In this document: positions 47,589 through 56,627 of the stretch, one piece after another
Layout: each line of letters opens with the position of its first letter
Position numbering within the stretch: position 1 is the stretch's first letter
From: Acidimicrobiia bacterium
GTDB taxonomy: Bacteria > Actinomycetota > Acidimicrobiia > Spongiisociales > Spongiisociaceae
Length of the DNA: 60,252 nt
Direction: 5' to 3'
NCBI GenBank assembly: GCA_011523395.1
Contig: WTGW01000041.1
Location: 1 to 60,252 of the forward strand
Position numbers and translations under genes: made by a program
Notes under the pieces: model-generated
The model's input: only the letters and a program-made list of their open reading frames with translations
Told to the model about the DNA's origin: nothing
The model's database searches: none

Positions 47589-49618
47589 GGCTCTTCCTCG
47601 GCCCTCAAGCAAGCCGACCTGTGCAGCTCGCCGATGACGGTTTCGGGCGGGTACCGCTCGTCGCACTCCTCGGTCGCATAGGCGCAGCGGGGAGCGAACC
47701 GGCAGCCTACGGGCAGGTCGATCAAGGAAGGCGGGTTTCCCTCGATCGTCTTGAGGCGGTCGGTGCGGGTGTGCGCGGCCGGTCGGGCCTCGAGCAAGGC
47801 CCGCGTGTAGGGGTGTGACGGGCGGTTGAAGATGTCACGAACCGCTCCCTGCTCCACCAGCCGCCCGGCGTACATGACGGCTACCCGGTCGGCCAACTCG
47901 GCGATGATGCCGAAGTCATGCGTGATGAGCAGGAGCGCGACGCCGGTCCGCGCCTGAAGGTCCTTCAGCAGGTGTAGGAACTGGGCCTGGATGGTGGCGT
48001 CGAGCGAGGTTGTCGGCTCATCGGCGATGATCAGCTTCGGCTGGCCGATCATCGCCATCGCGCTGACTACCCGCTGTTTCATACCGCCGCTCAGTTGATG
48101 CGGGAAGCTGCGCAGCCGACGTTCGGGATCCGGGACATTGACCGATCGCAGAGCTTCAACGGCTCGACTCTGGACTTGGGCCGCGCTCAAGTCGGGAAAC
48201 CTCGCCCGGATCGCCTCGTTGAGAAGGCTGCCCACGGTGAAGACCGGATTGAGCGACTGCTCCGGGTCCTGGAATATCATGGACAGGTTGGCTGCCCGGA
48301 AGCCACGCAGCTCGGATTCGGGGAGGGTCGAGACATCCGTGCCGCCCACCCGTATCTCACCACCCACGATCCGTGACACGTGTTCGGGCGTGAGGCGGAC
48401 GATCGACAGTCCGAGCATCGTCTTGCCGCTTCCTGATTCCCCGACGATGCCCACCGTCTCGGACTCGCGAACGCTCAGCGTGACGCCGTCCACCGCCCGC
48501 GTCACACCTGCTCGGGTGAAGAGGTACGTGCGTAGGTCGCTTACCTCGAGCACGGCCGGCGGGAGACCGTCCGAAGGGTGTTCAGGCACACCGGCTTGCC
48601 CGTCCCCCCGAGCCGGTGTCCGGCCGGCCGGCCGCAGCGGAGAACCCATCTGCTGGCGAGTGCGCGGGTCGAGGTAGTCCCTCAGCCAGTCTCCGAGAGA
48701 GTTGAGCGCCAGCACGATGCTCAGGATCGCCAGACCCGGGAAGAAAGACACCCACCATGCCGAAGCGATCAGGTCCCTCCCACCGGCCACCATGACCCCC
48801 CAGCTCGGGTTCGGAGGTGGGATGCCGGCGCCGATGAAGCTCAGAGATGCTTCCTCCAGGATGACGAGACCCACCTGTAGGGTCGCCACGACGATCAGCG
48901 GGCTCACCGTGTTGGGCACGATGTGCCGGCGGATGATCTTGAGCGCGGACAGCCCCGAAACCCGGGCCCGCGCCACGAAATCCTGCTCGCGGATACTCAG
49001 CGTCTCTCCCCTGACCTGCCTAGCTACGTACGCCCAGACGGTGGCGGAGGTGAGGACGATCACCAGCTGGAACGAGGGCCCTATCGCCGATACGACCACC
49101 AGGGCCAGGAGGACGAAGGGAAGGGAAAGGAAGGTGTCGATCATCCACATGATGACCTTGTCGATGAACCCGCCGAAGTACCCCCCGACCAGGCCCAGGC
49201 TCCCGCCCACCAAGAGGCCGATGCCGATGGCGGACATGGCCACCGATAGGGAGATACGCGCTCCGAAGATTATCCGTGTCAGGATGTCGCGGCCTTGCCC
49301 GTCGGTTCCGAGGGGATAGGTCCAGCTGCCGCCCTCCACCCAACCGGGCGGCGTGAGCCGCTCGAGCAACTCGCCGCGCAGCGGGTCGTGAGGGGTAAGC
49401 CAGGGAGCGAGGATGGCGGGAATCACCAGGAGGCCGGCGAGAATCAGGATGGGGAGCCATGGCAGTCGCGGCATCTCGGCCAGCAAGCGCCTGCGAGCGC
49501 CGGGCGTTCTTCCGGTAGCCGGTGGCCGTGGCTCTGCGGCTGGATCCGCGGAAAGCCGGTCAGGGCCGCTCACCCGGCCACCGCCTTCCCTCCGAGGCGG
49601 ACGCGAGGGTCGATCCAC
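47570..49618 (-). CDS. fused ABC permease (DppC-like) - ATPase (DppD-like) protein
   Basis: N-terminal ~330 aa has six TM helices of a BPD permease. The C-terminal half has GESGSGKTM, LSGGMKQRV and CRFAPRC. The exact start is uncertain (ATG at 49474 is an alternative). Confidence 0.85.
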   Translation of the reverse strand: MDRPSRPPRREGGGRVSGPDRLSADPAAEPRPPATGRTPGARRRLLAEMPRLPWLPILILAGLLVIPAILAPWLTPHDPLRGELLERLTPPGWVEGGSWTYPLGTDGQGRDILTRIIFGARISLSVAMSAIGIGLLVGGSLGLVGGYFGGFIDKVIMWMIDTFLSLPFVLLALVVVSAIGPSFQLVIVLTSATVWAYVARQVRGETLSIREQDFVARARVSGLSALKIIRRHIVPNTVSPLIVVATLQVGLVILEEASLSFIGAGIPPPNPSWGVMVAGGRDLIASAWWVSFFPGLAILSIVLALNSLGDWLRDYLDPRTRQQMGSPLRPAGRTPARGDGQAGVPEHPSDGLPPAVLEVSDLRTYLFTRAGVTRAVDGVTLSVRESETVGIVGESGSGKTMLGLSIVRLTPEHVSRIVGGEIRVGGTDVSTLPESELRGFRAANLSMIFQDPEQSLNPVFTVGSLLNEAIRARFPDLSAAQVQSRAVEALRSVNVPDPERRLRSFPHQLSGGMKQRVVSAMAMIGQPKLIIADEPTTSLDATIQAQFLHLLKDLQARTGVALLLITHDFGIIAELADRVAVMYAGRLVEQGAVRDIFNRPSHPYTRALLEARPAAHTRTDRLKTIEGNPPSLIDLPVGCRFAPRCAYATEECDERYPPETVIGELHRSACLRAEEEPWLNRS

Positions 49619-50508
49619 GCGTACAGCAGGTCGACCGTGATGTTGGTCGCAACGATGATGGCGGCGGTGAACAGGGCTATCGCCTGCACAACCGGGAAGT
49701 CACGGCCTGCCGCCGACGTGAACGCGAGCAGGCCGACTCCCGGCCAGTTGAAGACGATCTCGGTAACCGTCGCCCCGGCTATCAGATGGACGAAGACCTG
49801 GCCGAAGAACGTCAGTGGAGCGATCAGGGCTGGTTTGAAGGCATGCCGCCACCGGATGCGCGTCGGCGAGAATCCCTGCAGGCGGGCCAGCTTGATGTAT
49901 TCGGCTTGAAGGGTCTCCAGCATTCCCGAGCGGAGCAGGCGGAGGATGGCGGCGATCCCGAACAGGGCAACGACGATGCTTGGCATGACATAACTGGACG
50001 GACCCGTGTCACCGGACGTGGGTAACCAGCGCAGCCGCACCGCGAAGATCCAGATAGCGACCAAACCCAGCCAGAACTCCGGAATGGATTGCCCGATCAG
50101 GGCTAGGAACCGGGCGGAACGGTCCGCCCACTTTCCTCTCCTCGTGGCCGCCAGGACTCCGAGGGGTACACCCGCGATCGTTATCAGCAGCAGAGCGGCG
50201 CCGGCCAGCCGGAGCGTCGCCGGAAACCGTGACCAGATCACCTCGGTGGCAGTGGCCTGGGATACGGTGAAGGAGTCTCCGAAGTCCCCCTGCAGTGCTC
50301 GCTGTACGAAGACGACGTATTGCTCGTGTATGGGTTTGTCGAGACCCCAGTTGGCCGCTACCGCCGCCCTGTCCTCTTTCGACATGTCGCTGGGGGTGAG
50401 GACGGCAATAGGGTCGCCCGAGATGCGGGCGAGCACGAACACTATGAGTGACACGGCGAACAGTGTCAGAAGGCCCCGGACGATGCTTGTTAGAACGTAC
50501 CGGCCCAT
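49570..50508 (-). CDS. ABC transporter permease (DppB-like, copy 2)
   Basis: DppB-type N-terminus and permease core. Confidence 0.9.
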   Translation of the reverse strand: MGRYVLTSIVRGLLTLFAVSLIVFVLARISGDPIAVLTPSDMSKEDRAAVAANWGLDKPIHEQYVVFVQRALQGDFGDSFTVSQATATEVIWSRFPATLRLAGAALLLITIAGVPLGVLAATRRGKWADRSARFLALIGQSIPEFWLGLVAIWIFAVRLRWLPTSGDTGPSSYVMPSIVVALFGIAAILRLLRSGMLETLQAEYIKLARLQGFSPTRIRWRHAFKPALIAPLTFFGQVFVHLIAGATVTEIVFNWPGVGLLAFTSAAGRDFPVVQAIALFTAAIIVATNITVDLLYAWIDPRVRLGGKAVAG

Positions 50509-50515
50509 AACCGCG

Positions 50516-52777
50516 TCAGGCGTTTCCCCCGGCTGTAGCTCGCGAGATGGCGGACCACACCTGATTGGGGGAGGCGGGCATTTCCATGTCCGTCACCCCC
50601 AGCGGTCGCAACGCGTCGACGATGGCGTTGATCACGGCGGGCGGAGTGCCGGAAGTTCCCGCTTCGCCCGCGCCCTTGGCCCCTATCGGAGAGTTGGGAT
50701 TGGGCGACTCCACCGCAGCGAGCCGTAACTCGGGAAGCTCCGACGCAGTGGGGAGCAGGTAGTCCATGAAGGTCGAGGTGAGCGGCTGGCCCTCATCGTC
50801 GTACACAAATTCCTCGTACAGCGCCTGGCCCACTCCCTGAGCAACCGAGCCTTCCGTCTGGCCGTGAACCAGCCACGGGTTGAGGATCGTTCCGCTGTCG
50901 TCGACGGCGGCGAGCCGAACGATTTCCGCCTGTCCGGTCTCGGGGTCCACCTCGACCACAGCCACGTACGAACCGGACGGGAAGGCCCGCGGCGACGAGT
51001 ACATCACCTCGCTGCTCAGAGGTCCGGCCTTCTCCGCGACCTGGTCGATGGTGATCTGCTTTCCGGTACCGGGGTCCGCGAAGACACCCGCGTCATAGAC
51101 CAGTCCTTCCGAGACCCCCAGCAGATCGGCCGCCCGAACATACGCTGTTTGGAGGAGGTCGCTGGCAGCCTCGTAGAGCGCCGAGCCCCCGACTTGCATC
51201 GAGCGGCTGGCGAAACTGCCGACACCCTTCGGGACTTCGTCGGTGTCCTTCTGCAGCACCGTCACCCTGGATGGATCCACCCCGAGTACGGACGCCACCA
51301 ACTGGGAGAAGACGGTCTCATGGCCCTGGCCCGTCGCGGCCGAGCCGCTGCGCACCACGATCCCCCCGTCCCACCCGACTTCTATCGCTCCGTACTCAGG
51401 GCTCGGATCGGCGCCGCCCGAGAACTCTACGAACGTGCAGATACCTATTCCGAGCGGCAGTCCGTCACCCGAGCGCCGCGCGGCACGTTCGGCCTTGGCA
51501 GCTTCGTAGTCGACAAGGGAGAGCGCCACCCTCAGCGTCTCCGAGTAGTTGCCGCTGTCGTAGGTGATCCCGGTGGCCGTCCGGTAGGGGAAGCCGGAGG
51601 CAGGGACGAAATTGCGGAACCGTAGTTCGGCCGGATCCATGGACAGCCTCGCGGCGAGATCGTCCATGGCACGTTCGATCAGGTAGGCCGCTTCCGGACG
51701 TCCGGCGCCTCGGTAGGGACAGGTCGGCGCCTTGTTCGTCACCACCCCCTTGAGCTTGGCGGAGATCGCCGGTATCGCATAGGGCCCGGAGATGACGGCG
51801 CCGGTGAACAGGGGAACGTAGGAGCCGGTCTGGGTGTAGGCGCCCAGATCCCCGATGATCTCGAACTCCGCCGCCAGCAGGTTCCCTTCGAGGTCGGATG
51901 CCAGACTGATCCTCTGGTACTGGTCCCGACCATGAGCGGCGGCGATGAGGCTCTCTCGCCGATCCTCGATCCAACGCACAGGCCTTCCTAGCGCGAGGGC
52001 AACCTCGACCGCCACCATGTACTCGGGATAGGTATGGCTCTTCTGGCCGAAGGCGCCACCGACATCGGGCGTCCTGACCCTGAAGCCTCGAGGCACCCGG
52101 TCGCCGAAGCCGGCTACGAGCGCCGCCTTGAGGCGATGCGGCGCCTGGTGCGAGACCCAGATCGTCATGTGATCGCCTTCCGGTACCACCAGGATGGCCC
52201 TGCCTTCCATCGGGGAGTGCGACAGCCGGCGGTTCCAGTCCGCTCGGCGTACGACCACAGGAGCAGTAGCGATCTGCTCGCTCACGTCCGATCCCATGTG
52301 GACATCGAGAGCCAGGTTCGACAGCGGCGGGTACAGCTTCGGGCTGCTGTCCTTGACAGCCTCCCGCGGGTCCGTAACGGGTTGCAGCGGGTCCAGGTCG
52401 ACCCATACCCGGTCAGCGGCGTCCTCTGCGGAGTACCGGTCCGAGGCGGCCACCACCGCCACCGCCTCCCCGGTGAACCGGACCGTGTCGCTCGGTAGGG
52501 AGGGCCGGTCACGTCCTTTGGACGGACCCTCGTTTCCGTGCGACACGGGGACGGGCGGGAGATGGGGCAACTCGGCAGCCGAGTAGGCGGCCACCACGCC
52601 GGGGCTGCCGAGTGCCGGCGCAACGTCGATCTCGATCACGCGCGCGTGCGGCGAATAGGACCGTACGAAGGCCAGTTCCACGCAGTCGGCCGCGTGGATG
52701 TCACTGACGTAGCATCCCGAACCGGCCATCAGGCGGGCGTCTTCCCGGCGCCCGGACCATTGGCCGGCTTCAGTCAC
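50516..52777 (-). CDS. molybdopterin-binding large subunit of xanthine dehydrogenase/aldehyde oxidase family (form II CoxL-like)
   Basis: ~750-aa a/b-hammerhead plus Mo-binding domains. The active-site loop reads PYRGAGRPE (AYRGAGR type), not the AYxCSFR of genuine CO dehydrogenases. Confidence 0.9.
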   Translation of the reverse strand: MTEAGQWSGRREDARLMAGSGCYVSDIHAADCVELAFVRSYSPHARVIEIDVAPALGSPGVVAAYSAAELPHLPPVPVSHGNEGPSKGRDRPSLPSDTVRFTGEAVAVVAASDRYSAEDAADRVWVDLDPLQPVTDPREAVKDSSPKLYPPLSNLALDVHMGSDVSEQIATAPVVVRRADWNRRLSHSPMEGRAILVVPEGDHMTIWVSHQAPHRLKAALVAGFGDRVPRGFRVRTPDVGGAFGQKSHTYPEYMVAVEVALALGRPVRWIEDRRESLIAAAHGRDQYQRISLASDLEGNLLAAEFEIIGDLGAYTQTGSYVPLFTGAVISGPYAIPAISAKLKGVVTNKAPTCPYRGAGRPEAAYLIERAMDDLAARLSMDPAELRFRNFVPASGFPYRTATGITYDSGNYSETLRVALSLVDYEAAKAERAARRSGDGLPLGIGICTFVEFSGGADPSPEYGAIEVGWDGGIVVRSGSAATGQGHETVFSQLVASVLGVDPSRVTVLQKDTDEVPKGVGSFASRSMQVGGSALYEAASDLLQTAYVRAADLLGVSEGLVYDAGVFADPGTGKQITIDQVAEKAGPLSSEVMYSSPRAFPSGSYVAVVEVDPETGQAEIVRLAAVDDSGTILNPWLVHGQTEGSVAQGVGQALYEEFVYDDEGQPLTSTFMDYLLPTASELPELRLAAVESPNPNSPIGAKGAGEAGTSGTPPAVINAIVDALRPLGVTDMEMPASPNQVWSAISRATAGGNA

Positions 52778-52953
52778 CGGTTACCTCGGCCGACCGATTG
52801 TCTCCGGTCATCGAGCCACTCACCATCCGCAAAATCTAGGAGTTCTTTGCTCTATCTGTCAAGGAGTTCACGGGGAATGCGACTGCTCGACGAAGACGAC
52901 TCCTCCGAGGTGGCTGGTCCGCTTTCGGCGGTGCCGGGCTCTCCTCTCACCGC

Positions 52954-54621
52954 TCAAGGTCGGGCCATCTGGGCGTCCCTGTCCGCGACCATATTGACCA
53001 GGTCCTTCTTGGACACCTTCCCGAAACCCGAGAGAGGGAAGTCCTCGAAGATCTCGAGCCTCTCGGGCAACTTGAACTTCGCTATCTCCTTGGACATCAG
53101 ATGCTGTACGAGACCGTCGAAGTCGAGTTCGGCGCTGTCTTGGAGGATGACACAGGCGCACATGCGCTCCCCCAACCGCTCGTCCGGAACCGGCACGCAG
53201 GCGACGTTCATCACCGACGGATGGCTCAGGATGAGATTCTCGACCTCCTCTGCGGAGATCTTCTCCCCCCCACGGTTGATGAGGTCCTTCTTCCTGCCGG
53301 CGACGATGTAGTTGCCGGAAGGGTGGAGGCGCATGAGGTCTCCGGACCGGTAGAAACCGTCCTTGGTGAAGGCTCTGGCGTTGTGCTCGTCGGCCCGGAA
53401 GTAACCGCGGATGGTATAAGGCCCTCGGCAGATCATCTCGCCCACGTTGCCTGCCGGAACCTCTCGGTCTTCGTCATCGACAAGCCGTACCTCGTCGTGA
53501 GGACACACCGGCCTCCCACATGTCTCGCGCCACACGTCCTCCGGATCGCCGAGACGCACGAACATCAGGACGCCTTCCGACATGCCGAAGTTCTCCTGGA
53601 CTGTGCAGTTCGGGAACAGGCGCACGGTCGCCTCGCGTACCTTGGGCTGGAGGCGCTGGCCTCCAGACTGGATGATCCGCACCGATGACAGGTCGTAGTC
53701 GCTCGCCGATCCGGAGTTCAGCCAGGCGATGAGAAGCGCCGGCACCACGTGGATATGGGTGATGGCATGCTCCTGAACGAGCGCGAACACATGCTCGGGG
53801 CGAGCCGACCGCGACATCACCGCACGCGCCCCGGAGAACAGGAAGCCTTGCATGCCCGGGCAGGCCAGCGGGAGATTGTGCGCCGCCGGGAGAACCACGA
53901 GCAAGGCGTCATCGGGCCGTACCTCGGTGGCCGCTACCGCCAGGCGGCTGTTCAGGGCATAGTCGTTGTGCGTTCGCGGGATCAGCTTCGGAACCCCGGT
54001 CGTACCCCCCGACAACTGGAGGACAGCCGGCTCGTCGGGATCCAGCTCTAGCGCGTCGAGATCGGTGACGGTAGTACTCGGCGGCCGCTCCTCCAGGTCC
54101 TGCAGATCTACGAAAGGACCTTCGGTTCCGACGGGAATCCGACCGAGCACCAGTCCCCAGCGTAAGGAGTCCTGCTCGTGGGTGATACGGGTCACCATCT
54201 CCAGGTAGCTGAAGGACCGGTAGCCCACCGGCGTGGCGATGGCGACGGCGCCGGAGTTGGCGGTGAACTGCGAGATCTCCATGTACCGGTGCGACTGGAG
54301 CGCCATCAAGGGGATGGCGCCGATCCGCTGCAGGGCGAGGTACAGCACCATGAGTTCGGGTACGTTGGGCAACTGGATAATCACACGATCCAGCGGGCGG
54401 AGCCCCAGGTCGTACAGATTGCGCGCCAGCCGGGTGGCCCGAGTTTCGAGGTCCCGGTAGGTGAGGGAGTCACCTTCCTCGCCCACGAGCGCGGTGCGCG
54501 ATGCGTACCTGGAGAAGCGCTCGGCATACTCCTCAAAGAGCGTACGGTCCTGCCAGTAACCAAGCTCCCGCCACCGTGCCGCGACCTCGGGCGGATGCGG
54601 AACGAACCCCTCGATCGGCAT
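52954..54621 (-). CDS. aryl-acid adenylating enzyme, (2,3-dihydroxybenzoate)-AMP ligase family (EntE/DhbE-like)
   Basis: Family-typical N-terminus ([15 protein letters not shown]) and core [21 protein letters not shown]. Start trimmed to the ATG at 54621. Confidence 0.85.
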   Translation of the reverse strand: [555 protein letters not shown]

Positions 54622-54641
54622 GGCTGAGCCTCTCCCCTCCG

Positions 54642-55415
54642 TCAGGTGACAGCCGCGAATCCGCCGTCTATCACGATGACCTGACCGTTCACGAACCGGT
54701 TCGAGACAAGGAGGTTGACGATCACCTCCGAGACGTCGTCGAACGTGGCCACCCGCTTCAAGGGCGTCTTGTAGGCCCGTTTGGACATTGCGCCTTCGTA
54801 GTGGCCACCGAGTGCTTCCGCCATCCAGGCCCCCTCGATCCATCCGGGGGCAACTGCATTGACGCGGATCTCCGGACCCAGGGCTCCGGCCAGGGTTCGT
54901 GTCAGGCTGATGACCGCAGCCTTGCTGGCCGAGTAGGGGAACGGCTGCGGTCCGGGTCGGAGCCCTACCACGCTGGCCGTGTTGACTATCGCGGCCTGGT
55001 CGGACTCGCGAAGCATGGCGACCGCCGCCCGGGTCACCTGGAAGAGGCCGCGCACGTTCGTCGCGAACACGGCGTCCCAGTCGTCCATGGACAGGGCCTC
55101 CAGGTCGGACGGGGGTACGTTGACCGTTCTTCCCGCGTTGTTGACCAGCTTGTCCAGCCGACCCCACGCGGAACGTATGTCACCCAGCATGCCGATCACC
55201 TCCCCCTCGTCGGCGACGTCCGCCCGCAGAACTAGAGTCCCTACGCCGAACTCCTCGCAGCGGGCCGCCACCTCTCCGGCTTCCTGCGCGCTGGATCGGT
55301 AGTTCACGGCAATGTCGTATCCGGCGCTCGCCAGGCCCAGGGCGGTGGCGGCGCCGATTCCACGGGAGGCGCCCGTCACGAGTGCCGCCGGCCTCCTATC
55401 CGATGCCCTTCTCAT
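54642..55415 (-). CDS. SDR family oxidoreductase (FabG/EntA-like)
   Basis: VTGASRGIG and YSASKAA motifs. Confidence 0.9.
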   Translation of the reverse strand: MRRASDRRPAALVTGASRGIGAATALGLASAGYDIAVNYRSSAQEAGEVAARCEEFGVGTLVLRADVADEGEVIGMLGDIRSAWGRLDKLVNNAGRTVNVPPSDLEALSMDDWDAVFATNVRGLFQVTRAAVAMLRESDQAAIVNTASVVGLRPGPQPFPYSASKAAVISLTRTLAGALGPEIRVNAVAPGWIEGAWMAEALGGHYEGAMSKRAYKTPLKRVATFDDVSEVIVNLLVSNRFVNGQVIVIDGGFAAVT

Positions 55416-55436
55416 GACCCTCCTGCGTCCCCTGTC

Positions 55437-56276
55437 CTACAGACCGAGCACACGCTCGGCATTCCGATGGAACACCCCTTCAAGCACGTCATCCGTGTAG
55501 CCGAGATCGCCCCACTCCCGGAAGAGGCGCTCGTACGGCATGGATGGGTAGTCGGAGCCCCAGAGTATCTTGTGGCGTAGCCGGCTACGGATATCACGCT
55601 TGAGTTGATCCGGGAAGTACTTGGGCGCCCAGCCGGAGAGTTCCCAGTAGACGTTCCCCTTGTGCAAGACGACCGCCGTCATCTCGTCCACCCACGGCCA
55701 ACCCGGATGCGCTGCGATGATCGTCATATGCGGAAAGTCCGCGGCCAGGTGATCGACCGCCATGGGGTGTGCGAAGTCGATCCTGGTGCCCGAACCCCCC
55801 GGCATCCCTGCCCCCATGCCCGTGGTTCCAACATCGATCATTACGGGAACACGGAGTTCGTCAACGAGTTCCCACAACGGGTACAGGCTCCGGTCGTCGA
55901 CCGAGTACCGGCCCATGATGGGATGGAAGTGGAAGCCGAGAAGTCCCAGGTCCCGGATCGCGCGCTCTGCGTCGTCGAGCGCAGAGTCCTTCCACGGATC
56001 GACCGCGGCCCAGCCCTGGATCACCCGGTCCGGATAGTCGTCCCTTAGCCTCGCGATGAAGTCGTTCGAGCAAGGCGGGTAGCCGGTGACGCTCTCGATG
56101 TCGAACGCCACGAGGATCGCTTCGACGCCTGCCGCCTCGAAGTCGTCGATGACCTCATGCTCCTCTTTGGCCACCCACTCCCGCTTCCAGTAGCGGGCGA
56201 GTTCATGGATGTATTCACCCTGAGACTCGATGAACTCTCGGGTTCCCGAATAGGCATGGAGGTCGATCTTCCTCAT
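55437..56276 (-). CDS. amidohydrolase_2 family protein
   Basis: IDLHAY N-terminal metal motif, internal HFHP, and late GSDYP. Confidence 0.8.
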   Translation of the reverse strand: MRKIDLHAYSGTREFIESQGEYIHELARYWKREWVAKEEHEVIDDFEAAGVEAILVAFDIESVTGYPPCSNDFIARLRDDYPDRVIQGWAAVDPWKDSALDDAERAIRDLGLLGFHFHPIMGRYSVDDRSLYPLWELVDELRVPVMIDVGTTGMGAGMPGGSGTRIDFAHPMAVDHLAADFPHMTIIAAHPGWPWVDEMTAVVLHKGNVYWELSGWAPKYFPDQLKRDIRSRLRHKILWGSDYPSMPYERLFREWGDLGYTDDVLEGVFHRNAERVLGL

Positions 56277-56354
56277 GATGGTCCCCGCGGCGCCTGCGAG
56301 CGGCGTTCAAGGCTGCGCTTCGCAGGCGACTCTAGCCTAGCCAGGAAGTGTTCC

Positions 56355-56570
56355 CGACACAGCAGAGGGTCCGCGCCACCAAGATAACCTGTTGGTCGTC
56401 TCCCACGATCGGGATTGCCCTCTACTTGGCAAATGTGGCACACGGATACAAGTCGAGGACCCAGCGCGATCACCAACCGCCGACGGCGTATCTTCCTCCA
56501 GGTCGATGAGGGCACTCTGGTCGTTGAGGGCCACCGTCCACATCGGGGGCGCCGTCTCGGCCATCGGCCG
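56355..56570 (-). pseudogene. frameshifted 3' remnant of a D-serine-dehydratase-like gene (paralog of 28800-30065)
   Basis: DNA aligns with 28797-29015 (for example GGTCCGCGCCACC, CCCACGATCGGGA, CTTCCTCCAGGTCGATGA, TGGTCGTTGAGGGCCACCGTCC). A 1-nt length difference splits the homologous peptide between two frames (WTVALNDQSALIDLEEDTP versus MRTVALNDQHAFIDLEEETP). Confidence 0.75.
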
Positions 56571-56627
56571 TCCGTCCTCTGGACTCTCTTCAATGTGTTG
56601 AAAGTCCAGGCTGCCTCGCGCGGTCGA

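Noticed and set aside
50516-52777. Aerobic carbon monoxide dehydrogenase (CoxL) call
   Set aside because: The active-site loop is PYRGAGRPE (AYRGAGR type) rather than AYxCSFR. No coxDEFG-type accessory genes were recognised, and the subunit genes are split. It is therefore called a generic molybdenum hydroxylase of unknown substrate.
52954-55415. Catecholate siderophore biosynthesis (EntE plus EntA)
   Set aside because: No isochorismate synthase, isochorismatase/ArCP, NRPS, MbtH, or siderophore export or uptake genes are in the window. The neighbours are catabolic-type enzymes.
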